From: Spirochaetia bacterium
GTDB lineage: Bacteria > Spirochaetota > Spirochaetia > DSM-16054 > Sediminispirochaetaceae
Length of the DNA: 64,000 bases
Reading direction: 5' to 3'
Assembly: GCA_034520965.1 (NCBI GenBank)
Contig: JAXHMY010000001.1
Span: forward strand, 480,001-544,000
A model generated the notes under the pieces. It made no database searches. It was not told where the DNA came from and was given only the letters and a program-made list of their open reading frames with translations. The first letter of the stretch is position 1. Every line of letters starts with the position of its first letter. The position numbers were made by a program, and so were the translations under genes. Shown here piece by piece: positions 1 through 9,822 of this stretch.

Positions 1-321
1 GCTGATATAATCGTCTTTTAGCTTGTCTGCTTCACCCTCCGCCAGGCGCAGTACATTCGCCAGCTCCGGTGAAATAGTGACCTGGGCGGATGTACCGTAC
101 ATACGCGGTTTGTCTTTTAATATTTTATCCAGCTCCTCAGCCACGGTATCGCGATTCACCCCGATCCGATCCAGAAGCGGAGGTATCACACCATCCTGCT
201 GTGTCAGCAGCACCATAAGATAGTGGTCCACATCTACAGTACTGTGATTGTATTTCCCTACAAGGCTGTCGGACTCCTGGAGCGCTTCTTGAGCCTTGAG
301 TGTCATTTTGTCATATCTCAT
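1..321 (-). CDS. clpB: ATP-dependent chaperone ClpB, N-terminal part (runs off the window)
   Basis: Manual translation from ATG 321: MRYDKMTLKAQEALQES...HYLMVLLTQQDG...LAEGEADKLKDDYIS, a typical Clp N-domain; GAGG RBS upstream. Not in the ORF track. Confidence 0.85.
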   Translation of the reverse strand, partial: MRYDKMTLKAQEALQESDSLVGKYNHSTVDVDHYLMVLLTQQDGVIPPLLDRIGVNRDTVAEELDKILKDKPRMYGTSAQVTISPELANVLRLAEGEADKLKDDYIS

Positions 322-449
322 TTATGTTACCTCGAAAAAATGTATTTTAATATCACTGTTTATTCACTACAATTAAACTGTAGTTTAAAGATACTGCGAA
401 GCCATTTTGCGGTCAAACAAAATAATACCTATTCGCGAGAGGAGCATCT

Positions 450-728
450 ATGAACACTGAAACTGAGAATGAAAAGACCCCGGATGAACGGATGGTGCTG
501 ATCCACGGTTTTTCACGGGAGGAGACTATTGCAATCATGAGGGCCGCCAAATCGGTAGCGTCCGACCCTCAGGGAATCGCCTTTACCACCTCAACCCCGT
601 CGAATATTGAATGGAAACTGCGGGATGTGATTGCCGAAGTACGGGAGGAGCATGAATATATGCGCAACAACCCCCCGCAGGCAAACCGGTCCAAAGGCAG
701 CTCGCAAGCGCACGGGGGAGCCGAGTAA
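450..728 (+). CDS. small conserved protein, DUF3783-like
   Basis: 92 aa ORF with GAGGAG RBS; VLIHGFS...IAFTTSTPSNIEWKLRDVIAEVREEHEYM pattern. Confidence 0.6.
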   Translation: MNTETENEKTPDERMVLIHGFSREETIAIMRAAKSVASDPQGIAFTTSTPSNIEWKLRDVIAEVREEHEYMRNNPPQANRSKGSSQAHGGAE

Positions 729-731
729 TCG

Positions 732-1400
732 ATGGAATTACTCCTGCTCAACATCCTGCTGGCGGCGTTACCCTCATTAATTCTGCTCTGGTATTTCAAC
801 CGCTGGGACCGTGGCCGCAGCGAACCGGCAGGGCTGCTGCTATTTACCTTTTTTCTGGGCTTTGTAGCGGTCATCCCGGCGGCGGTAATGGAAATGTTGA
901 TCGATCCCCTCAGACTGCCCTTCCCGCCTCTACTGCAGCTGCTGTTCCGCGCATTTATTGTGGCGGGGCTGGTGGAAGAAGGGGTTAAACTATTCGTAGT
1001 GAGGCGTTTCATTCTCGGCCGGCCGGCATTTGACGAGGTAATGGACGGAATTATCTATACCATTACCGCCAGCTTAGGTTTTGCATTTTTCGAAAATATA
1101 TTTTACAGCTTTGGAGGGCCCGGTACTCTGATTATCCGCGGCCTTACCGCGGTGCCTTTGCACGCAGTGGCCTCGGGAATTATGGGCTATTACCTCGGCA
1201 TATCAAAATTCGGGCGGGCTGATATCTGGAAAAAGGGGCTCGTAATTGCCGTTTTAATCCACGGGGCTTACGATTTCTTCCTTTTCCTGGGGGGAGGTTT
1301 CGCTTTTCTGGCATTTCCGCTGCTGCTGTGGTCGCTGCGCTCTCTTTCCAAGCTTCATCACAAAGCAATCGAGGCGGACAGACAAAGCGGGAGAATTTAG
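732..1400 (+). CDS. PrsW-family intramembrane glutamic protease
   Basis: Multi-TM protein with VEEGVK, GFAFFEN, VPLHA and IHGAYD motifs. Confidence 0.85.
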   Translation: MELLLLNILLAALPSLILLWYFNRWDRGRSEPAGLLLFTFFLGFVAVIPAAVMEMLIDPLRLPFPPLLQLLFRAFIVAGLVEEGVKLFVVRRFILGRPAFDEVMDGIIYTITASLGFAFFENIFYSFGGPGTLIIRGLTAVPLHAVASGIMGYYLGISKFGRADIWKKGLVIAVLIHGAYDFFLFLGGGFAFLAFPLLLWSLRSLSKLHHKAIEADRQSGRI

Positions 1401-1460
1401 CTTGCTTACAGGACATATAAGCCCCCCTTAGTCTACAGCCAAACCCTCCGTACACACAAA

Positions 1461-1493
1461 GCCCCTCCGGGCAGGGGCCGCGGAGGGGCAAAA
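1461..1493. terminator. GC-rich hairpin between convergent genes, probable intrinsic terminator
   Basis: GCCCCTCCG...CGGAGGGGC followed by an A run. Confidence 0.5.
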
Positions 1494-1514
1494 ATTCAGC
1501 ATTTCATGCAGCAG

Positions 1515-2630
1515 CTATTTCTTCTTTATCGCCGCGAGGGCCTTCAGCAGCCGGTCCACGTGCTCTTCTCTGGCGGTATTGCCCATAAGGCCAATTCGCC
1601 ATACCTTGCCAGCAAAATCGCCTAAACCACCGCCAATCTCAATATGATGATCGTAGCGTAGAGCCCGGCGCCCTTCGGCATCATCAATACCTTCGGGAAT
1701 CCAGATTGAGTTCAGCATCGGCAGGCGAAACTGCTTATCCACCACCATCTTAATCCCAAGCTCTTCAAGCCCGGCGACCAGTTTTTCATGCATCCTCTGG
1801 TGTCGGTCGTATACATTTTCAAGGCCCTCTTCGAGTACCACCGCCAGGGCTTCATATAGTCCGTACAGCATATTTATGGGTGCTGTATGGTGATAGGCTC
1901 GTTTCTTACCGGCCCAGTAGTTGGCTATCATACTTACATCAAGATACCAGTTGGGCACCTTAGTTTTGCGGTTCATGATAGAATCAACCGCCTGGTTGGA
2001 GAAGGACACCGGCGACAGCCCTGGGGGACAGGAGAGACACTTCTGGGTACCGCTGTATATCGCATCCACATGCCATTTATCCACCGCTACTTCCATACCG
2101 CCTAAACTGGTGACCGTATCAAGAATGTAAAAAGCTCCATGCTCTTTAACTAGCTTTCCGACTTCTTCGGCGGGGTTACACACACCGGTCGATGTTTCAG
2201 CATGCACCATAGCCACGATTTTGTACTTCTTTTTCTTTAGCTGGGCTTCGACCTCATCCGTGGTTACCGGAGTTCCCCATTTAAAATCCATGGAGTCCGC
2301 ATCGGCACCCAGCCGCTGGGCTATATCCAGCATCCGTTTTCCGAAGGCTCCGTTAATCAAAATCAATACCGGATCGCCCTTCTCAATCAGGTTAACAAAA
2401 ACCGTCTCCATACCGGCAGAACCGGTACCGGACATCGGAATGGTCAAATTGTTGTTGGTTTGAAACACTTTCTGCAGCATCGCCTTGATATCATCCATAA
2501 TCTGGATGAAGTAAGGATCCAAATGCCCCAGGGTTGGCCGGCTCAGGGCACTGTACACCCGCGGATGTGTCAATGAAGGCCCCGGCCCCATTAGTAAAAT
2601 TTCTTCAATACCTTTAATTTTATTTTCCAT
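1515..2630 (-). CDS. alanine-glyoxylate/serine-pyruvate aminotransferase family (class V PLP enzyme)
   Basis: LLMGPGPS, SGTGSAGME, VHAETSTG, SGTQKCLSCPPG (PLP lysine), YHHTAP, WRIGLMG. Confidence 0.9.
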   Translation of the reverse strand: MENKIKGIEEILLMGPGPSLTHPRVYSALSRPTLGHLDPYFIQIMDDIKAMLQKVFQTNNNLTIPMSGTGSAGMETVFVNLIEKGDPVLILINGAFGKRMLDIAQRLGADADSMDFKWGTPVTTDEVEAQLKKKKYKIVAMVHAETSTGVCNPAEEVGKLVKEHGAFYILDTVTSLGGMEVAVDKWHVDAIYSGTQKCLSCPPGLSPVSFSNQAVDSIMNRKTKVPNWYLDVSMIANYWAGKKRAYHHTAPINMLYGLYEALAVVLEEGLENVYDRHQRMHEKLVAGLEELGIKMVVDKQFRLPMLNSIWIPEGIDDAEGRRALRYDHHIEIGGGLGDFAGKVWRIGLMGNTAREEHVDRLLKALAAIKKK

Positions 2631-2695
2631 ACTTTCCTCCTATTGGAAAATTCTATTGTACATCATGTTCTCTCTCCGTCCAATGTAAGTTACAT

Positions 2696-2836
2696 CAGCA
2701 ATTCGCAATTCGAAAATTTTGGAAAATTTTTCAAATTGCGAATGCTTACATTTTTTGTTTAAGATAAAGTATCTATGAAGTATGTTGTGGCACCTCATTT
2801 TGGAAGTCTTATGACTTCCAAAAATGAGAATACCTG
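2696..2836. mobile_element. MITE-like double-hairpin element, copy 1 (141 bp)
   Basis: Ends CAGCAATTC...GAATACCTG; flanking 9-bp direct repeat AAGTTACAT (2687-2695, 2837-2845); two internal palindromes; closely similar to 43887-44028. Confidence 0.8.
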
Positions 2837-2912
2837 AAGTTACATATACGCCTTAAATCATATCTACCCCACTTGACCAAAGCTCAATACTTTAGTATGT
2901 TGTGAATGTCGA

Positions 2913-2985
<73 letters not shown>

Positions 2986-3057
2986 ATTTGGCCAAATCAC
3001 TTAGTGGTTTGGCCATTTTTTTTTGCCCTTCCGGCTGCCACTTCCGACTACCCCCTG

Positions 3058-4422
3058 CTACACAGGTACCGCGCCGTGTTCAACCGTAAGGGCCACAATG
3101 TCCTCCGCCGGAACATCTCGCGACGGAACGCCGCGCTGGACCGCCAGTGCCGCCGCAGCTCCCGCAGCCTGGCCCATCGCCATGCAGGTACACTGAGCCC
3201 GCAGACCGGCCAGTGCCCGTCGTTCGGATGAAATTATACGACCGGCAATCAAAAAGTATTTTACCCCTTTGGGAATAAGCGACCGAAAAGGGATTTTTGG
3301 AATCAGCTCCTCAGATGAGTGGAATTCTTCTTCGCATCCGGACTCTTCATTGTGCAGGTCAATATAATTGAAGGCATTGCAGATCTGGTCCGGATACGTG
3401 CGCGCCTCCATAAACTCATCGTAGGAAATCCGGTGTTCCCCTACCACCCGATACCCCTCTCTGGAGAGGGCCCGGGCATACATGGTTTGCAGCACTGCCC
3501 GTTCAGCACCCGGAATCTCTTCCTTTACAAAGCGGAACATCCGCAGCATTGCGGCCCTGCCGCGGATATTTGCATCGGTTTGCCCGTTGGCATCCGTGGT
3601 ATCACAGTCGTAGATGTGCGTGGCATTATGGCCACCCATCTGCAGGTACCATAAAAAGGGATAAGTTGCAAAATAAGCCCAATCGCCGGGCTGCAGTCGT
3701 CCCTCCGCCAGCGCTTCATCGTACAGCTGCTGCGCTTCGCCTTTCCACACCTGCTGCAGGTCTATGTCCTCAATTCGATACTGCAGCGTTCCGGGCTGTC
3801 GGGCCGGCGCCTTCTCAACCTCCAGTCCGGCCGCCCGGGCACCATCGGCATCCCCGGAGGCATCAATTATCTCTTTCGCTGTAGTAATACGTTTTATCCC
3901 GCGGGCGTAGGAGACAACCTCCCATCCAGCTCCATCAGCTCCGGCTGCAGCCACTTTGCCGACGAACTCGCCGTAGTGGAGTACAACCCCGGCCTCCAAA
4001 GCTTTCTGTTCGGCGATAGTTGCATAAATAGGTACATTGATGTGGCTGTAATATCCCGGAGTATCCACCGGACGGCGCTTGTGGAAAGGTTTGGGAGGAA
4101 TCCCTTCAATTTCCCGACTCTGCAGATACAACTCCCATGGAATCCCCTGCACAACCGACCCGCTGCGGGTATGAAAGTGGTTGGGCATGAACACTCCTCC
4201 CTCAGTCATAGTACCCCCGAGCATGTGTCCGGCCTCAATTACTGAAATTCGCGACGGCGGCTCAGTCGCCTGTGTATCTGCCGGACTGCCAGTCCGCCGC
4301 TCACCAGACGGCCCGGCCGGATTCAACCCGTTCAGTGCCCGCCCGGCCTGGATAGCTGCGATGTGTCCGGCGGTACCCCCGCCGATTATGAGTATTTCAA
4401 CCGATTCTCGAACAGTTTTCAT
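3058..4422 (-). CDS. FAD-dependent oxidoreductase
   Basis: IIGGGTAG Rossmann motif, LGGTMT, IDASGDAD, IPFRSLIP, AMGQAAG; start placed at ATG 4422 after AAGGA. Confidence 0.85.
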   Translation of the reverse strand: MKTVRESVEILIIGGGTAGHIAAIQAGRALNGLNPAGPSGERRTGSPADTQATEPPSRISVIEAGHMLGGTMTEGGVFMPNHFHTRSGSVVQGIPWELYLQSREIEGIPPKPFHKRRPVDTPGYYSHINVPIYATIAEQKALEAGVVLHYGEFVGKVAAAGADGAGWEVVSYARGIKRITTAKEIIDASGDADGARAAGLEVEKAPARQPGTLQYRIEDIDLQQVWKGEAQQLYDEALAEGRLQPGDWAYFATYPFLWYLQMGGHNATHIYDCDTTDANGQTDANIRGRAAMLRMFRFVKEEIPGAERAVLQTMYARALSREGYRVVGEHRISYDEFMEARTYPDQICNAFNYIDLHNEESGCEEEFHSSEELIPKIPFRSLIPKGVKYFLIAGRIISSERRALAGLRAQCTCMAMGQAAGAAAALAVQRGVPSRDVPAEDIVALTVEHGAVPV

Positions 4423-4598
4423 AGTATTCCTTATTACAGAGTATAGAGGAGTGTGAGAATAAGTCAAGCTTTATTTCACATTTTAATATTACATTTTAAT
4501 AATTAAAATAAAAACTGCGAGCTCGTTTAAACTATTTCAAGTCTAATTCAAAGCGCACCGCAAGTATGGGTGCCTAGGAAAAACTCCACCCCAGTTCC

Positions 4599-5354
4599 TC
4601 AGATGTCCGCCGGCCGAACATCCCGCAACACCTGAATCACCCGCTCTTCCTTCTCCGGGCTTAAGCGGGTAATCGGGGCGGAGACACTAATCGCGGCGAT
4701 GTTTCTTCCGCTGAAATCCTTAATCGGAAAGGCTATACACCTCACCCCTACCTCACACTCCTGGTTGTCGTAGGCAAAGCCCCGCTGCTTGACCGTCTCT
4801 ATCTCGGCCAAAAACTTCTCGGAGGTGGTAATTGTGTGCTCAGTAAAAGCCGGTAAGCCCTTCGACTCCACATACCCCTCAAGCAGGGGGCCGCTGTAAT
4901 TCTGCAGCAGCACCTTCCCGGCCCCGGTACTGTGCATCGGGGCCACCTTCCCAATCCGCTGCAATGTCCGCAGCATGTGGTCGGGCCCGTCCACCGTATC
5001 GATGTACACCACGCTCCCATCCCGCTCAACCGACAGGGAAACCGGCTCCTGCAGCTCCCGGCTCACCTCTTCTAAATAGGGATGGATAAGCTTCTGATAC
5101 GGATAATTGGAGTGTACCCGGCTGCCCAGCTGGGCCAGCTTCAGGGTAAGACTGTAACGAGAGGTGCGAGCCTCCCGGCTCACATACCCGTAATCGATCA
5201 TGGTTTTCAAAAAGCGCAGCAGGGTACTCTCGGGCATTTCCAGCTCATGCGCCAGATCATGCAATCGCAGCGGCGCCCCATGACTCGCCAATACCTCAAA
5301 AATCTGTAAAGCCTTGCCAAGCGACTGGTTCTTTTTCACCCCCTCCGACTGCAT
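4599..5354 (-). CDS. IclR-family transcriptional regulator
   Basis: N-terminal HTH (NQSLGKALQIFEVL), PMHSTGAGKVLL, GFAYDNQECEVGVRCIA; AAGGAG RBS before ATG 5354. Confidence 0.92.
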   Translation of the reverse strand: MQSEGVKKNQSLGKALQIFEVLASHGAPLRLHDLAHELEMPESTLLRFLKTMIDYGYVSREARTSRYSLTLKLAQLGSRVHSNYPYQKLIHPYLEEVSRELQEPVSLSVERDGSVVYIDTVDGPDHMLRTLQRIGKVAPMHSTGAGKVLLQNYSGPLLEGYVESKGLPAFTEHTITTSEKFLAEIETVKQRGFAYDNQECEVGVRCIAFPIKDFSGRNIAAISVSAPITRLSPEKEERVIQVLRDVRPADI

Positions 5355-5626
5355 CAGTATCTCCTTTCTTAGGTTCCCACAATACTGGAAAAGTCCGTTT
5401 TCGTCCAGCTTCACCCAGTTTCATCTGCCCTTGGGGTCCCAAAATGAAAGCCCCGACACAGAAAAGGGACGGGAATTTTGAGCGGGGGAAGGCCCCCGCG
5501 CTCCATAGCCGCCGGGTAAAGAATGGGGCTCCCGGGCGCTATTCCGTCTTCGCTCCTCCGCTCAGCCGGGCGCCCTGGCCACTCACTTCGTTCGTTGCTC
5601 GGGCATGCATCCGGGCCCGGGGCGGG

Positions 5627-7774
5627 CTATTGCGCTCCCCCCTTAGTGGGCAGACGGGTAGAAAGTGCTTTGGCGGTGAACACCGGCTGCTCACAGGCGA
5701 AATTTTTACAGATGTATGCCGATGCCCCGCTATGGGTATCGGGCCTGTGATACTCGGTATGCGGGGCGATACGGGCAAGCTGTTCTGCGGTGCCGGTGGT
5801 CTTCCGCAGGACAAAGCCCTTGGGCAGAAATAAGCTGCGAAGATACTCGACCATTTTATCAGCCTCCGCCCCGTCCCCCGCAATAACCACCTCGAAATCG
5901 TAGCCCCTCAACAGGTTATCAACAGCAGAAATAATGCCCGAACAGGCCATCGGGGCAGCCTCAATTTCCCGCCGGTGTGCAGCTGCCGCTCGCAGCGCGG
6001 AGTCCCGGAACTCAGTCTCACCGCTTACGCGAAACAGAAGCAGCAGATTTTCGATCATCTTCGACACCGCAGATGGAAGTGCCCCCTCGTACAGACTCTT
6101 CGTTTGAAGGGGAAGGGAGGAGGCCCCTTCGCGGTGGCTTAAAAAGTAGCCGCCCTTCTCCTTATCCTCGAAGCGGTCAAGAACCGTCCCGACAAGCCCC
6201 AGAGCCTCCTGCAAATAAGAAGGGTCGAAACCGGCGCTGTAGAGTTCTATCAGCCCGGAGATAAAAAAGGCATAATCCTCAAGATTCCCTTCTACCGCGG
6301 CCTCACCCCTGCGATATCTATGAAAAAGGGAACCATCATCGCTTCTCATGAAGGAGAGGAGAAACTGCGCCGCCCCTGCCGCGCGGCTTGTATATTCCGG
6401 CTCTCTCAGCACCCGCCCTGCCCGCGCCAGGGCGGCTATCATTAGGCCGTTCCAGTTAGTCAGTACCTTGTCGTCCCGCGCAGGCGGAACCCGGAGGCTT
6501 CGCTGCCGATAGAGTTCCTCCCGAATATCCTCCCAATTGGCAAATTCCGAAAAAGCGCTTCTGCCCGCCTCCGTGTACAGTATGTTGCTCCTCTGCTCCT
6601 CACCGCTTACCGGATCGCGCCAGTTTCCGTCCGACCGAAGATGAAAAAAATCCGCCACAGCCTCCTTATTAATGCTAGTATTCCGGTTTTCGAGAAGCTC
6701 GATAAACTCATCCCTGCTCCAGAGATAATACTTGCCCTCCTCCCCTTCGCTCTCCGCATCGAGGGCGGAATAGAAACCTCCCTTTGGAGCGGCAAGCTCG
6801 GCAAGGACGAAGCGGATTGTCTCCCGCGCCGTTTCACCACAGAGTCGGTCGCCCCCTGCCTGAAATGCATCGAGATACACCGGCACCAGGAGGGCTTGAT
6901 CGTAGAGCATCTTTTCAAAGTGAGGAACCCTCCACTGCCGGTCTGTGGCATAGCGGTGAAAGCCCAAACCGATGTGGTCGTAGATTCCGCCGGCACGCAT
7001 CTGGCTGAGGCTGTGCAGCACCATGCGTAGTGCCTCTCCGCCCTCTTCAAGATTGGTGATGTTATGGAGGAGAAATGTCAGGAGCGGAGTCTGGGGAAAT
7101 TTTGGAGCAGAGCCGAAACCTCCCCACCGGCTATCATAACGGTCGCGAAGGTCGGCATATACATCGGCAAGGTGGACCTGCGGCAGGGGCAAGGCGGAAG
7201 TTTCATTTTCATCTGCTTGAACTTCCTCCGGCCGCAGGGCCGATATAATCGAATCGGCAGAGGCACGCACCCGCTGCCGTTCCTCCTTCCACAGGCGCTC
7301 CACCTCCGGCAAGAGCTCCAACATGCCCGCTCGTCCGCCCATGCCGTGTTTTGGAATGTAGGTTGCTGCAAAAAAGGGTTTACCCTCGGGAGTGGCGATA
7401 ATTGTCAGGGGCCAGCCCCCTTGCCCGTTGAGTTTAAGCGCTACATCCATGTAAAACGCATCCACCTCCGGACGCTCCTCACGGTCTATTTTAACCGGCA
7501 CAAAGCCTCGATTAAGAAGCTCAGCCACCTTTTCGTCTTCAAAAGACTCCCGCGCCATTACGTGACACCAGTGGCAAGTCGAGTAGCCGATGGATATAAA
7601 CAGAGGCTTTTCCTCCCGCCTTGCATACGCGAAAGTTTCCTCTTCCCACATACGCCAATTAACGGGATTGTACATATGCCCAAGCAGGTAGGGATTGTTG
7701 GAATAGGCCAGCCCGTTGACGTGCTCTTCCGTTCCTTTCCCATCATCAGAAAATTTTTCTTTTTCTTCAGACAT
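5627..7774 (-). CDS. thioredoxin-domain protein of the YyaL/DUF255 family
   Basis: [46 protein letters not shown]. Confidence 0.9.
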   Translation of the reverse strand: MSEEKEKFSDDGKGTEEHVNGLAYSNNPYLLGHMYNPVNWRMWEEETFAYARREEKPLFISIGYSTCHWCHVMARESFEDEKVAELLNRGFVPVKIDREERPEVDAFYMDVALKLNGQGGWPLTIIATPEGKPFFAATYIPKHGMGGRAGMLELLPEVERLWKEERQRVRASADSIISALRPEEVQADENETSALPLPQVHLADVYADLRDRYDSRWGGFGSAPKFPQTPLLTFLLHNITNLEEGGEALRMVLHSLSQMRAGGIYDHIGLGFHRYATDRQWRVPHFEKMLYDQALLVPVYLDAFQAGGDRLCGETARETIRFVLAELAAPKGGFYSALDAESEGEEGKYYLWSRDEFIELLENRNTSINKEAVADFFHLRSDGNWRDPVSGEEQRSNILYTEAGRSAFSEFANWEDIREELYRQRSLRVPPARDDKVLTNWNGLMIAALARAGRVLREPEYTSRAAGAAQFLLSFMRSDDGSLFHRYRRGEAAVEGNLEDYAFFISGLIELYSAGFDPSYLQEALGLVGTVLDRFEDKEKGGYFLSHREGASSLPLQTKSLYEGALPSAVSKMIENLLLLFRVSGETEFRDSALRAAAAHRREIEAAPMACSGIISAVDNLLRGYDFEVVIAGDGAEADKMVEYLRSLFLPKGFVLRKTTGTAEQLARIAPHTEYHRPDTHSGASAYICKNFACEQPVFTAKALSTRLPTKGGAQ

Positions 7775-7926
7775 AAAACCTCCCTACTCAAATGTAACCC
7801 CAGCCCCTTGGTGAGGAAACCCCCATTATTCAAATTCCTGTAAACTCAGAAAAAAGCGGTGCACCACGTCGCGCACCACGTGAAAACATGCTGTGAAATT
7901 CGGCTAAAGCTTGCTACAATTGAGCC

Positions 7927-8846
7927 ATGATACGAAGTTTTAAGCAGTTGATTGAAGAGGTTCAGGCCAAACACATTAGCCCGATTGCAGTGGCCGGTGC
8001 AGAAGACCCGCCCGGTACGAGGCAGCGGTTTGTGCCGCCAAGGACCAAGAGATTATGGAGGCCGTGCTGGTAGGCAATGGCAGCAGGATCGAGGAGGGAC
8101 TGCAGGCCACCGGCCGCTCACCCGCCGACTTCCGGGTAGAGCATGTAGACGGTAATTCAGAGGCGGTGGCCGAGCGCACGGTGCAGCTGGTTCTCGACGG
8201 AGAAGTCGGCTCAATCATGAAGGGCTACATGGACACATCGGTACTCCTCAAAGCGGTTCTGGCCCATAAGGAGCTGAAAACCGGCCGTTTTATGAGCGTC
8301 CTGGGCATTATCGAAAGCCCCCACTACAAAAAGCTGCTGTTTTTAACCGACAGCGGTTTTATCATCCGCCCCACCCTGGAGCAAAAGATCGATCTTATTC
8401 ACAACGGGGTTGATTTGGTGGAGAAACTCGGTGGAGAAATGCCGAAAGTAGGGGTGGTCTGCGCGGTTGAAAAGGTAAATGAGAAAATGCCCGACACCCT
8501 GGATGCCGCCGAATTGGCCGGACTAAATCAGCAGGGGGACATTACCGGCTGCATTGTGGAGGGCCCCCTGGGCTTCGACAACGCCGTCTCGGCGGAGGCA
8601 GCCGCCCACAAGGGGGTGCAGGGGCAGGTCCCCGGAGATGCGGATATTCTGCTCTTTCCCGACCTAGTCTCGGCCAATTCGGTGTATAAAACCTTCGGCT
8701 TTCTTACCGACTCCAAAACCGCCGGCTACCTGGCGGGCGCACAGGTGCCCATCATCATCACCTCCCGGGCGGACAGCGTAGAAACCAAACTAAATTCACT
8801 GGCCATGGTGGCCCTGGCCTCAGCGACCTCTTCCTCTCGCCCCTAA
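7927..8846 (+). CDS. ptb: phosphate butyryltransferase-like protein, frameshifted near 8010
   Basis: ATG 7927 gives MIRSFKQLIEEV..IAVAGAEDP in a different frame from ORF 8055-8846 (IMKG, VEKVNEKMPDTLDAA, GPLGFDNAVS, TSRADS). Confidence 0.75.
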
Positions 8847-9703
8847 GAGCGGTCACTCTGCAGCTCCTGCTGCAGCTCCTGTACGATCTGCCGGCGGTCA
8901 TGATCCCTCATCCGGCGGGCAAAACTTACCCTCTCCGGGGCTAGACTGCGGCGGCTCAGCTCCATAAGCTCCGGGTTGGCAATTACGTTGTGGGGCGGCA
9001 GGTTCAGGCGCCGGGCATGGGTATCCCGCAGGTTAAACAGCCGCCTCAGCAGCTCCTGTTCCCCCTTTTTCAAGTAGCGGAAGCCCTTCATCTTTTTGTG
9101 GCGCTGCCCCGGGGTACGCTTATAATTCCGGTTTTGAACAATCGAGTTGCGGTGGTAGAACTCCTCCAGCTGACCGGCTGCGTACAAGCGCTCCAGCAGC
9201 TCCTTTTTTAAGGCTGGAATGTGCAGCACATCGTCAATGGCATACTCAAGCGCTTCTTCATCAATAGGCCGTTTCAGCCAGTTATAACGCTGAAACTTTT
9301 TCTTGGCCTTGGTCTCGACGCCCAGCACCTTCCCCAGCACGCTGGAGTAGTCCTTTTTTTCAAACTCGAGCAGGTCCGCCGCCGGCCGCAGGTCCAGTAC
9401 GCTTTTAATCGTCATACCGTAACCGTTCACCAAGAGTGAAATATCACTGGAGGCATCCCACATTACCTTCAACAGCTTCTCATCCTCCAGCAGCAGGGGA
9501 AGAGCCCCCTGTTCTATTTTCAGGGGGTCGATAATAATCGCCTCCTGGCCGTCATACACCTGTATTAAACAGAGACGCTCGCCGTATACATGCAAGTTGA
9601 ACTCACCCTCCAAATCGACCGCCAGGGAGGTTCTTTCTTCTTTCTTGAGGGTATCCACATACAACTGCAGTGTGTCCCTATCATTAATTTCCCTATATTT
9701 CAT
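8843..9703 (-). CDS. rnd: ribonuclease D (3'-5' exonuclease plus HRDC domain)
   Basis: AVDLEGE, LCLIQ, NWLKRP, YAIDDV, C-terminal HRDC-like region. Confidence 0.8.
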   Translation of the reverse strand: MKYREINDRDTLQLYVDTLKKEERTSLAVDLEGEFNLHVYGERLCLIQVYDGQEAIIIDPLKIEQGALPLLLEDEKLLKVMWDASSDISLLVNGYGMTIKSVLDLRPAADLLEFEKKDYSSVLGKVLGVETKAKKKFQRYNWLKRPIDEEALEYAIDDVLHIPALKKELLERLYAAGQLEEFYHRNSIVQNRNYKRTPGQRHKKMKGFRYLKKGEQELLRRLFNLRDTHARRLNLPPHNVIANPELMELSRRSLAPERVSFARRMRDHDRRQIVQELQQELQSDRS

Positions 9704-9822
9704 TATACCCCACTATAACATAAAAGAAGGTTGCTTATAGAGCCCCTATAGCTTAAAATTCATGGATTCACTTCTGAGACCAGCTTTACAATTGTTTTTC
9801 CAATTCCAGGGGAGGAAACCTT

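Noticed and set aside
2696..2836. CRISPR or simple terminator interpretation of the palindromic repeats
   Set aside because: There is no repeat-spacer periodicity and no cas gene; the copies are dispersed, of fixed length and flanked by 9-bp duplications.
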